Origin: the human T2T-CHM13v2.0 reference genome, Homo sapiens
Strand: one strand, 5' to 3'
Assembly: GCF_009914755.1 (NCBI RefSeq)
Contig: NC_060938.1
Length of the DNA: 64,000 nt
Each line of letters opens with the position of its first letter. Position 1 is the first letter of the stretch. The notes under the pieces are model-generated. The model ran no database searches, was not told the origin of the DNA, and worked only from the letters and a program-made list of their open reading frames with translations. Of the stretch, positions 50,383-60,519 are shown in pieces. Made by a program: the position numbers and the translations under genes.

Positions 50383-53069
50383 TGTTATGGGTTGAGTTGT
50401 GTCTCCAAATAAATGGACGTGTTGAAGCTCTGACCCGTAGGGCCTCAGAATGTGCCCTTCTTTGGAAGCAGAGTTTTGCAGATGCAATCAAGTTAAGATG
50501 AGGTCACGCTGGAGGCAGGTGAGCCTCTGACCCAATATGGCTGGTGTCCTTATGCAAAGTGGAAATTTAGACACAGACATGCACGCAGGCAGAATGCCAT
50601 GTGAAGGTAAAGATGGAGGCGGAGGAGCTGTTTCCAAAAGCCAAGGAACACCAAAGCTTTCCAGCAAACCAACAAAAGCCAGGACAGACACCTGGAACAG
50701 ATTCTCCCTGCCAACCCAGGGGAGCCAACCCTGCCCACAGCTTGATCTCAGACACCTGGCCTCCAGAAATGAGACAGAATACACTTCTGTTGTTTCAGCC
50801 ATGCAGTTGTGGTACTTTGTTACAATAGCTCATAAGAAACTAAAACAGATTTTGGCTTTAGAAGTGGTGGCTTAAGAGAAGCAATTAAGACCAATTCGCC
50901 TTCTAGTGGAAATAAGACATCAAATACAAAGTTTTAAGAGAAGTGAATGCAGCAGCGGCGGCTGCCTGTCTCTTACCATGTCGGGTGCCTGGTCACTGCG
51001 AACCTTGCAAAAGCTTTGGCATGGAATCATTCCTCCAAGTCCATTAACAAGGGCTGGGGCCTGAGCAGCCAGTCGGCCCGGCGGCAGAAGCCACGCATCC
51101 CAGCTCCGGGTAGTCCGGGGAGACCCAAAGCCCAGGCCGGGCCTGGCAGCCACCCTCCCAGAGCCTCCACTAGGCCAGTCCTGCTGACGCCGCATCAGTG
51201 ATTCTGAACAGAATCTGTCCTTCTAAGGTGTCTCCACAGTCCTGTCTTCAGCACTATCTGACTGAGTTTTCTCTTATGCCACCAACTAACATGCTTAACT
51301 GAAATAATTCAGGGTAATGATTTATTTATCTGATTTAATTGATACCTAAAACTGTGGAAATGAATTTGGGATAGGGTAATGTGTAGAGGTGAGAAGAGTT
51401 TTCAGGTGCATGTTAGAAAAAGCCTAGATTTCCTTGAAGACTATGGTAGAAATTTGGACATTGAAGGTGATCCTGGTGGGGGCTCAGAAAGAAAGAGGAG
51501 AGCTATAGAGAAAACTCCTGTCATCTTAGAGAATACATAAATTGTCACAAACAGAATGTTGCTAGAAATGTGAATGTTAAAGATGCCTCTGGTGAGGCCC
51601 CAGACAGAAATGAGGAAGATGTTATTGAAAATTGGAGGAAAGGTGACCTTTGTTAGAAAGTGGCAAAGCACTTGGCTGAATTGCATTCTATTTATGGTAA
51701 GTAGGACTTACAAGTGATGAACCTGGATTTTAGCTGAGGATATTTCTAAGAAAAGTGTTGAAGGCACAACCTGATTTCTCCTGACTGCTTATAGTAAAAA
51801 GTGAGAGAAAGTGTTCAGTAAACAGGACCCACAACTTGAACAGCTGGAAAATTCTCAGCCTGTCCAATAGCATGCTCTGGAAACAAGGCCAAGGATGTGT
51901 CTGGGCAACCATTTGTTAAAGAGATTGGAATCATGACTTATGGATCCAATCAACCATCTCAGCAGAAACCAGGAGTAGAGATAAGGTTATTGAGGATATA
52001 ACTGTGCAGGGCTCTCTTGTCTGATGACTCAAACCCCCAGGAATTTCATGGGAAGCTGACAAGGATTTTGTGAATTGTAAAACAGAAGAAACAATGCCAA
52101 TTGGATGGAAGGGAAAGAAGACCAGAAAAAATGAAGGAAGGGTGACTTTGAGATCAGAGCCAAAGATGAGGAGGCTGTGGGGGCTCTGGCCACCATGGGC
52201 GAAGAGCATGGGGTCACCCCAGTGGGCCTGGAAGATGGAGCACGGACCCAGGAGGATGAGCCTTGAGCCTTAAATCTAATGCAGCTTTCCCTGCTGGGTT
52301 TGGGCTTGCTTGGGACCCATGGCTCCTCTCTCCCTTTCTATGTATCCCTTTTAGAATAGGAATGTCCATCCAATGCCTGCCCCATCATTGTACTTTGGAA
52401 GCAGATAACTTCTTGTCAAGTTACAAAGGTCCACAGATGGAGAGGAATTTCACCCAGAATGAATCTCACCCTGGGTTTCTCCCACACTTGATGCAGGTGA
52501 TATTTCGCTGAGATTGTGGACTAAGAGTTGGTGCTGGAAGGGGTCAGCCGTTCTGGAGATGTTGCTATGGGATGCAGGGATTTTGCATGTGAGAAGGACA
52601 TGATTATGGGGGGAACGGAGGGCAAACTGTCATGGGTTAAAATGTGTCCCCTGTAAATTAATGTGTCGAAGTCCTAACCCCCAGGACCACAGAATGTGAC
52701 CTTGTCTGGAAACAGTCTTTGCAGCTGCAATCAAGTTCAGATGAGGTCACCCTGGAGTAGGGCAAGCCTCTGATCCAATATGACTGCTGTCCTCATGAAA
52801 AGGGGGAATCTGGGCACAGACAGCACGTGGGGAGAACGCCCTGTGAAGATGGTGCTGCTTCCATAAGCCAAGAGCACCAGAGACGGCCGGCAAAGCCCAG
52901 CAGCAGGGAGAGAGCCTGGAACAGAGTCTCCCGTGACACAGAGGAGCCAGCCCCGCCAAGGCCTCCATCCCAGATGCCCGGCCTCCAGAACCAGGACGGA
53001 ATAAACGTCTGTTGTTTAAGCCACGCAGTCTGGGGTGCAGTGTTGCCAGGGCCACAGTTAACGGATACG
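50383..53069 (+). mobile_element. Two-LTR MLT1B/C MaLR provirus (LTRs 50383-50847 and 52628-53069, internal region between)
   Basis: Two homologous direct LTRs; internal start gattttgg...agtgg; purine tract ggggggaacggagggcaaac before the 3' LTR. Confidence 0.85.
50879..51321 (-). other. Sigma-mu, ~443-bp duplicate of the Imu exon/sigma-mu segment, including splice donor CGACATG|GTAAGAG at 50977/50976
   Basis: GC-rich non-MaLR block interrupting the MLT1 internal region; recognised from memory as the Imu sequence; length agrees with the described 443-bp repeat. Confidence 0.85.
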
Positions 53070-53979
53070 AGTGTTGTCCTGAGCTGCCAGCCCCACAGGC
53101 TGCACGAGGCCTCCCTGCCCCAGCCCAGTGCAGACTCCCCAGCCCCCTGGGTGTGCCCTGGGCAGTGTGGGGCTCCTCACTCCATCCTCCCCCAGGCTGG
53201 GAGGTTGAGCCTGTGATGAGCTACATGGGGTGAAGCTGGAGCGAGAGGCTGGGAGGCGACTCGGAGCCCACGGTTGGAGGATGGATTTCCCCAGGGACCC
53301 ACACGTGCACCTCCACCTGTCTCCTGGACATTGTCTCTGAGGGCAGGGCTGGTGCCAGCTCAGGGATCCAGCAGGGACAGAAGGGCGGGCCGGGTCCATG
53401 TGGAGAGCACATTTAGTGGGAGGGACACAACTTGTACCCAGCAGCCCCCAGATACCCATGACAGCTGGCTCAGAGCAAGTGCCAGGCTGCTCCTCAGAAC
53501 CTGAAATGTCCTCCTTCTGGGCCCCCAGCTTATGAGCCCTCCCAAGACGCCATCCTGGATGCTTCCTCTAGGACACTTCTATGGCCTTGGGGTCTGCCCA
53601 GTCCTTCCAGCCTGGTCCTCTCCCCCCAGCCACCTGCCTCCACCCTGGTCTCACAGCCACTGCTGTCCTTGACTTTGCCATGGACTGTGGGTCACCCCTG
53701 GGTGACTGCACCATGGCCAAGTGAGCCTCCTGGCATGAGCCCCCAACTTTGGCTTGGCTGCCATCTCTGAAAAAATCCCCTGCTCTTTGATCCTGCTCCC
53801 ACCTACCTGGGGAGTCATTTTTCGGCACTGCCCCAAGCCTGGCCACCACCTGCCCATCTTCAGGGTGATGGCAGAGACTTGTCCTCCCCACTATGCATTC
53901 CCTAACGGCTTCTAAGGACGACATGGTCACGCCCCCCATCCTCATCCACAAGGGGATGGCACTGGGAGCCCTAGCATCT

Positions 53980-54657
53980 GGGCAATGATGAGGACCTCGT
54001 GATGGGCTTAGTGCCTGTATGAGAGAGACCCTCGTGACGGGCTTAGTGCCTGTATGAGAGAGACCCTCGTGACGGGCTTAGTGCCTGTATGAGAGAGACC
54101 CTCGTGACGGGCTTAGTGCCTGTATGAGAGAGACCCTCGTGACGGGCTTAGTGCCTGTATGAGAGAGACCCTCGTGACGGGCTTAGTGCCTGTATGAGAG
54201 AGACCCTCGTGACGGGCTTAGTGCCTGTATGAGAGAGACCCTCGTGACGGGCTTAGTGCCTGTATGAGAGAGACCCTCGTGACGGGCTTAGTGCCTGTAT
54301 GAGAGAGACCCTCGTGACGGGCTTAGTGCCTGTATGAGAGAGACCCTCGTGACGGGCTTAGTGCCTGTATGAGAGAGACCCTCGTGACGGGCTTAGTGCC
54401 TGTATGAGAGAGACCCTCGTGACGGGCTTAGTGCCTGTATGACAGAGACCCTGAGAGCTCCTTCACCATCTTCGGCTGCGCGAGGATGCAGTGAGGAGGC
54501 GCGTCTCTGAGCTGGGAATTGGCCCTCGCCAGACGTTGAAGTTGCCGGCGCCTTGATCTTAGACTTTCAGCCTCCAGCGCTGTGGGAGGCAAATGTCTGT
54601 TGCTCAAGCTTTGCAGCCGATAGTGTTTTGTGATAGCTGCCCAATTAGACTAAGACA
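53980..54657 (+). mobile_element. MLT1A-type MaLR LTR (partial) hosting the minisatellite
   Basis: gccggcgccttgatcttagactttcagcctccag...tgatagctgcccaattagactaagaca resembles the MLT1A 3' half. Confidence 0.8.
53995..54451. repeat. 35-bp minisatellite, 13 copies
   Basis: Unit cctcgtgacgggcttagtgcctgtatgagagagac with starts every 35 nt from 53995 to 54415. Confidence 0.97.
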
Positions 54658-54765
54658 CTCGTTCACCTGAAACTTTTGCTCCAACTTCCACTCCCCTGCC
54701 ACGGGCGCGACTGCTACCCCACCCCTGTGCTCCTGTGGAGTGCAAGGCCCCCACACTGTGCAGAC

Positions 54766-54863
54766 AGGCCCACATGCTCTCGAGGGCTCAGCCTGCACCT
54801 CCTGGATCCCGGTGAGGCCCACATGCTCTCGAGGGCTCAGCCTGCACCTCCTGGATCCCGGTG
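54766..54863. repeat. 49-bp tandem duplication
   Basis: aggcccacatgctctcgagggctcagcctgcacctcctggatcccggtg at 54766 and 54815. Confidence 0.92.
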
Positions 54864-55292
54864 GCGTGCACCACACATCATGAAGGTTTGGGGCAAGGCC
54901 AAGAACTGTCTGGGCTTGCTGGGAAGGGTGGCAAGGTGACCCGGGCAGTTGTAGGCATGTGGAGCACACACAGAGGCCCCCGAGGCCTGAGCCCCAGTCT
55001 CCCAATTCAGGCTGTGCTTGGAGGACCAGGCCTGGAACCCTCTCCTGCTCAGTCCCCTTCCTTCCATCAGGCTGGGCATGCCCCGAGTCTGAGTCTGGCC
55101 CACCTGCTTCTGCGGCCCCTTTCCTGGGCACGTGGCTTTCCTCGAAACCCCCTGCGCTGGCTGACCCAGCGCTCTTTTCCACAGCTCCCTTTGGAACTGG
55201 GGTCCCCCTTGAGATGCCCATGTAGCAGGAAAGTTTTGAAAAAGAAACAAAAACCCTCACCAGAAAGCAGTTTCATGGATAAAATGTGCATA

Positions 55293-55298
55293 TTTATT
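55293..55298 (-). terminator. IGHM: mu membrane poly(A) signal AATAAA
   Basis: tttatt on +, about 235 nt 3' of the M2 stop. Confidence 0.85.
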
Positions 55299-55531
55299 TC
55301 AGGGCAACAAGCGTATACACAGCAAAGCAGTGTGGGGTAGAGCCCACCTCGTGGCCTGCAAGCCAGCCAGCCCCTGCCGGTCGAGAAGGAAGCCTGTGTG
55401 AGAGCACACAACTGGAGGCCGGGCGGGGAAGAGAAACACGTGCCAACAGGCCACGCAGGCCAGGACCCCAGACCCGGAGGCAGCGCCCCTTTGAGTTCCT
55501 CTCTCTGGTCTCCGATGTTCTTCTGTTGGGA

Positions 55532-55540
55532 TCATTTCAC
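55532..55540 (-). CDS. IGHM: IgM membrane exon M2 coding part (VK-stop)
   Basis: cctgtag|GTG AAA TGA. Confidence 0.97.
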   Translation of the reverse strand: MK

Positions 55541-58500
55541 CTACAGGCAACAGAGACAGTGTGAAATGCTTTCCCCGTGGTCGGGAAGGGAGCCGGGGCA
55601 GAGATGACCCAGTGGGGTGGTGTGGGGGCCTCCGGGCTAGACGTCCAGCCCAGGCTGCTCCCTGGGCCCCACACTCGCCCTGCACCCTCCTCCCTGTGCC
55701 ACAGCCGTGCTACCTTGAACAAGGTGACGGTGGTACTGTAGAAGAGGCTCAGGAGGAAGAGGACGATGAAGGTGGAGGCGGTGGCCCACAGGTTCTCAAA
55801 GCCCTCCTCGTCGGCGCTCACCTCCCCCTCTGCAGGAGACACAGCACGGGGGAATAGGGTCAGGCTGGGGTGGCACCCAGCAAAGCCCCCCCGGGGCCCA
55901 TCCTCTAGGCCCACCCTTGGCCCCTAGGCTGTGCTGCACCCAGGGGTGGGGAGAGCAAGTGCAGGGGGGCTCGGGCACTGCCCAGGGCATGGGCTGGGCC
56001 CCTGAAAGCCTGATGCAGCGGGGGCACAGGCCGAGGCTGGGCAGGGCTGGGACTCTGAGGTCTTTTCCTCAGAGTCCTGGGGTGGCAGAGAGAGCGTGGG
56101 GGATGCAGCACACAGACCAAGGTGGGGGCTGGAGGGCGGGGCCCCAGCGGAGCAGCGGCCAGCATGTCCTGACTCTCCTGGAGGGGGAAGCAGGGGGTGT
56201 GGCCCTGCCCTGTGCTGTGGGGGCTGGCAGGTGGGAGGACTGAGCTGGGGGGAACCCGATCCTGACTCCCTCACCAAGGCCCTGACTCTCCAGCTCCCTC
56301 TTGGAGCAGAGTCTGCATGGGGACATCCTGGCGGACTTGTCCTACCCTGCCAGGACCCAGGGAGCAGACAGAGACCTGAGCTCCACAGTGGGATGAGGAC
56401 ATTCGGGGGGTTGCATCCCCTGCACAGATGGGCCCTTGGGAGACACCTGGAGCCCAGGACTCCAAAGGGCCAAGAGTGTGGCGGGGACTCGGAGGTGGCC
56501 CCAGTTAGAGACAGCACTGTGCGTTGGGTGTGGAGACCTCACTCGGGCCCTGCCTTCCCTGCTGGGGCTCGGTCCTTCCCGGGCTGCTGCTGTCTGACCT
56601 CGCCTGCTCCCTGCTGTGGGTTGGGGAGCAGGTGGTATTTGCAGGGGCAGACTTGCTCTAGCTCATCTCCTGAGGCCTCCTGCTAAGAGGAGCAGCTGCC
56701 CAGGGCAGCCACTCTGCCCTCTGGGCCCATATGCTTAGTCACTGCCTGCTCTCAGCACATGGCACAGGCTCTGGTTCTGCTCACCGGTGGGTGTGGGGGC
56801 TATCTGCTGCCTTCATCAGGAGCCTGGCCTCAGCAGGGGTCACATGCTATCCCTGGGGCCTCCGCTCCCCAGGCAGAGCCCAAGCTGGGTGCCATGGCAG
56901 CACCTCCAAGCAGAGACAGAAGGACAAGCAGAGCCTGGGCCCAAAGCCCCGGGGCCAGCACAGCGCAGGGAGCAAACTGCTGCAGGGACAGAGTATCCGG
57001 CAGGGCCCTGGGAGAATGTGGGCGGGGGCCGGCCGGCATGCGCACGTGTTGTGCCTGTGGGTGTGTGCATGTCTGTGTACGCGTGTCCATCTGTTGTGTG
57101 CCTGTGGGTAGACGTGTGTGTCCACGTGTTAGTGTATCACATGCTCCTGTGTGTCTGTGTCAGTGTGTCTCTGGGTGTGCATGTGTCCATGTACTTGTGT
57201 CTGTACATGTGTGTGTGTTTGCATGCACATGTGTGTTTGTGAATGTGTGTGTCTGTGTGTGTATGCCTCTGTGCTAGTGTGTCTGTGTGTGTGCATGTCC
57301 TGCACATGTATGTGTCCATGTGTGCACATATCCATGTGTGTGCCCGTGTGTGTGTGTGCCTGTAGTCAGTGTTCTCTTTGTGTGCCTGTGCATGTTTGTA
57401 CATGTGTGTCCACATATGTTTGTGTGTGGGTCCATGTCTGTGTATGTGTGTGCCCATGGGTTAGCACGTCTCTGTGTGTCCATGTGTTTGTGTGTGTCCG
57501 TGTCTGTCCATGTGTATCCACACATGCCTGTGTGCTGCCTGTATACGTGTGGTCTTGCTTTCAGCTTTCTTTCTGGAAGCAGTAGGAGGAATGGCAAGTC
57601 TGAGGTCAGCCTGCTGTGAGCAGCTGCAGGGAATTCAGGGGTTTCTAGAAGCCACTGAGGCACGCAGGTGGGTGAGGCAGGGGTGGGGGCTGTGGAGGAA
57701 GGTGTTCTGCAGGGGAGGCGCAGGGTGGGTGCAGCACAGCCGCCGCCCCAGTAGGCCAGAGCATCGTGCACTCAGGACCAGTATCTTTTGAATGGATCTT
57801 TTTATTTCTAATTTTATAAGATGCAACATCTCACCCCGTTGACACGGTTAGTTTGCATGCACACACAGAGCGGCCAGCCGCCCCGAGCCTGTGGGCAGGC
57901 CAGCAGGGTCAGTAGCAGGTGCCAGCTGTGTCGGACATGACCAGGGACACGTTGTACAGGGTGGGTTTACCGGTGGACTTGTCCACGGTCCTCTCGGTGA
58001 CCCTGTTGGGCAGGGCCTCATGGGCCACCACGCAGGTGTAGGTCTCCCCCGTGTTCCATTCCTCTTCGGACACGGTCAGGATGCTGTGGGCGAAGTACCG
58101 GCCTGGGGCCTGGGGCTCAGGCATTGGGGCGCTGGTCACATACTTCTCCGGGGACAAGGGCTGCCCCCTCTGCATCCACTGCACGAAGACGTCCGCGGGA
58201 GAGAAGCCCGTCACCAGGCACGTGATGGTGGCCGACTCCCGCAGGTTCAGCTGCTCCCGGGCTGGTGGCAGCAAGTAGACATCGGGCCTGTGCAGGGCCA
58301 CCCCTGTGAACAGAGATGGTGGTGAGGGCGGGGCAGTGGGGGGACCAGCCTGTGGGCTGGGGTTGAGTCCCCTTTTCCCCAGTTGCCCAGACAACGGGGG
58401 AGTGAGGGGTGCTTTCCACCATGCCCCAGAGGCCAAGGGAGGTCCCAGGGAGTGCAGGAAGAGGGGCAAGAGTGGGGCCTACCCTTGGGCCGGGAGATGG

Positions 58501-59783
58501 TCTGCTTCAGTGGCGAGGGCAGGTCTGTGTGGGTCACGGTGCACGTGAACCTCTCCCCGGAATTCCAGTCATCCTCGCAGATGCTGGCCTCACCCACGGC
58601 GCTGAAAGTGGCATTGGGGTGGCTCTCGGAGATGTTGGTGTGGGTTTTCACAGCTTCGCCATTCTGGCGGGTCCAGGAGATGGTCACGCTGTCATAGGTG
58701 GTCAGGTCTGTGACCAGGCAGGTCAACTTGGTGGACTTGGTGAGGAAGATGCTGGCAAAGGATGGGGGGATGGCGAAGACCCGGATGGCTGTGTCTTGAT
58801 CTGGAGTCAAGAGAAGGGAGTCAGAGGTGGGGCAGGTGTGGATGTGGGCGGAGGCATGGTTCCCACCCAAAGAGTAGCAACTGCCTCTGCCGAGCCCAGG
58901 GGTCCTGCCGCCCGAGCCCCTGCCCTTGGCCGCTCTGGGAAGCCAAGGCTCAGGGAGTAGATGGCTGCATCCGGGGTGGCGAATGCCAGACCCGAGTGGA
59001 CCCCTGTGTGTCGGTGGGTGCTGCCCCTGGGGACAGGTCACTCACCGGGGACACACATGGAGGACGCATTCTGCTGGAAGGTCAGGCCCCTGTGATCCAC
59101 GCGGCAGGTGAACATGCTCTGGCTGAGCCAGTCGCTCTCTTTGATGGTCAGTGTGCTGGTCACCTTGTAGGTCGTGGGCCCAGACTCTTTGGCCTCAGCC
59201 TGCACCTGGTCCGTGGTGACGCCAGACCCCACCTGCTTCCCCTCGCGCAGCCAGGACACCTGAATCTGCCGGGGACTGAAACCCGTGGCCTGGCAGATGA
59301 GCTTGGACTTGCGGGGGTTGCCGAAGAAGCCGTCGCGGGGTGGGACGAAGACGCTCACTTTGGGAGGCAGCTCAGCAATCACTGCAGTGAGGGACACGTG
59401 TCAGCCCGGTGCCCGCCACTCCCGCCCCCTTCGGCTCCCTCTCTGTCCCGGTGGCTGGGCCCGGCCCTCACCTGGAAGAGGCACGTTCTTTTCTTTGTTG
59501 CCGTTGGGGTGCTGGACTTTGCACACCACGTGTTCGTCTGTGCCCTGCATGACGTCCTTGGAAGGCAGCAGCACCTGTGAGGTGGCTGCGTACTTGCCCC
59601 CTCTCAGGACTGATGGGAAGCCCCGGGTGCTGCTGATGTCAGAGTTGTTCTTGTATTTCCAGGAGAAAGTGATGGAGTCGGGAAGGAAGTCCTGTGCGAG
59701 GCAGCCAACGGCCACGCTGCTCGTATCCGACGGGGAATTCTCACAGGAGACGAGGGGGAAAAGGGTTGGGGCGGATGCACTCC
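55532..59783 (-). CDS. IGHM: IGHM constant gene, overall span (spliced; secreted form ends 57909, membrane form ends 55532)
   Basis: Six exons with canonical splice sites translating to the human IgM heavy constant region. Confidence 0.99.
55714..55829 (-). CDS. IGHM: IgM membrane exon M1 (116 nt)
   Basis: [39 protein letters not shown], cag|AGGGG and AAG|gtagca. Confidence 0.99.
57040..57550. repeat. Degenerate (TG)n/(CA)n tract in the CH4-M1 intron
   Basis: Visible alternating purine-pyrimidine low-complexity sequence. Confidence 0.9.
57801..57806 (-). terminator. IGHM: mu secretory poly(A) signal AATAAA
   Basis: tttatt on +, about 100 nt 3' of the secretory stop, in AU-rich context. Confidence 0.9.
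57909..58303 (-). CDS. IGHM: IgM CH4 plus secretory tailpiece; internal donor for the membrane form after 57971 (G|GTAAAC)
   Basis: [14 protein letters not shown]...[24 protein letters not shown]-stop. Confidence 0.99.
58483..58800 (-). CDS. IGHM: IgM CH3 exon (318 nt)
   Basis: [15 protein letters not shown]...KQTISRPK, ccag|ATCAA and AAGG|gtaggc. Confidence 0.99.
59046..59381 (-). CDS. IGHM: IgM CH2 exon (336 nt)
   Basis: [18 protein letters not shown]...NASSMCVP, ag|TGATT and CCCG|gtgagt. Confidence 0.99.
59472..59783 (-). CDS. IGHM: IgM CH1 exon (312 nt)
   Basis: tcctcag|[31 protein letters not shown]...KNVPLP, donor CCAG|gtgagg. Confidence 0.99.
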
Positions 59784-60519
59784 CTGAGGACCCGCAGGAC
59801 AAAAGAGAAAGGGAGGGTGAGGAGCTGCCTCCTCGTGCCCTGCCTGTCAGGGCTGAGTGGCGTTCTGAGTGCCCTCACTACTTGCGTCCCGCTGTGGCTG
59901 CCCCACCAAGGCCGAGCCCACCTGCAGGCCTCCAAAGCCCAGACTGTCATGGCTATCAGGGGTGGCGGGGCCGTGGTGAGGCCTCAGGTCTTTGTCCAAG
60001 GCTGCTGGGGCTGCAGGCCTCAGCCCATCCTGCTGCAGGGCCCAGCACTGAACACCTGGACAGACCTGGGGTCTCCTGGAGCAGGCTGAGCCATCCCTGC
60101 CACCATTCAGCTGGCTGCCCTGCTGCACTCTGAGGCCTGACTGCCCCTGGCTCCCTGCTCAGAATGGCTGAGGGCTCAGGTTTGGGTGGACCAGGCCTGC
60201 TTTCCCCCGAGGCATCAGCACGTAGGTGCTGCACACACTCAGCTCCCAGCACATGCAGCTGGAGGGCCCAGGTTGCATACCTGAATGTGAAGCCTGGAGC
60301 CACACACCCCGCAGGCAGCCAATAGAGTCCCTCCAGCCCAGCTTCTGCTGCCCCCAGCTCAGTCACACTCCAGCTACCCTGAAGTCTCCCCAGGCAGACA
60401 ACCCAGGCCTGGGAGTGAGTATAGGGAGGGTGAGTGTGATGGGGAACGCAGTGTAGACTCAGCTGAGGCTATCCATCTATGTCCAACAAGATCATGAAGA
60501 TTGGCCCAGTGCCATGTCC

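Larger units (their letters stand above)
53070..55250 (-). other. Probable part of the cryptic sigma-delta switch-like region (boundaries uncertain)
   Basis: G-rich minus strand with scattered AGCT and GGGCT in the mu-delta interval; placement is inference. Confidence 0.35.

Noticed and set aside
50378-53074. TSD for the MLT1 provirus (ggtct versus agtgt)
   Set aside because: Only 3 of 5 bases match; not used as evidence
53995-54451. CRISPR-like array of 35-bp repeats
   Set aside because: No spacers, head-to-tail identical units, human DNA, unit resembles an LTR segment
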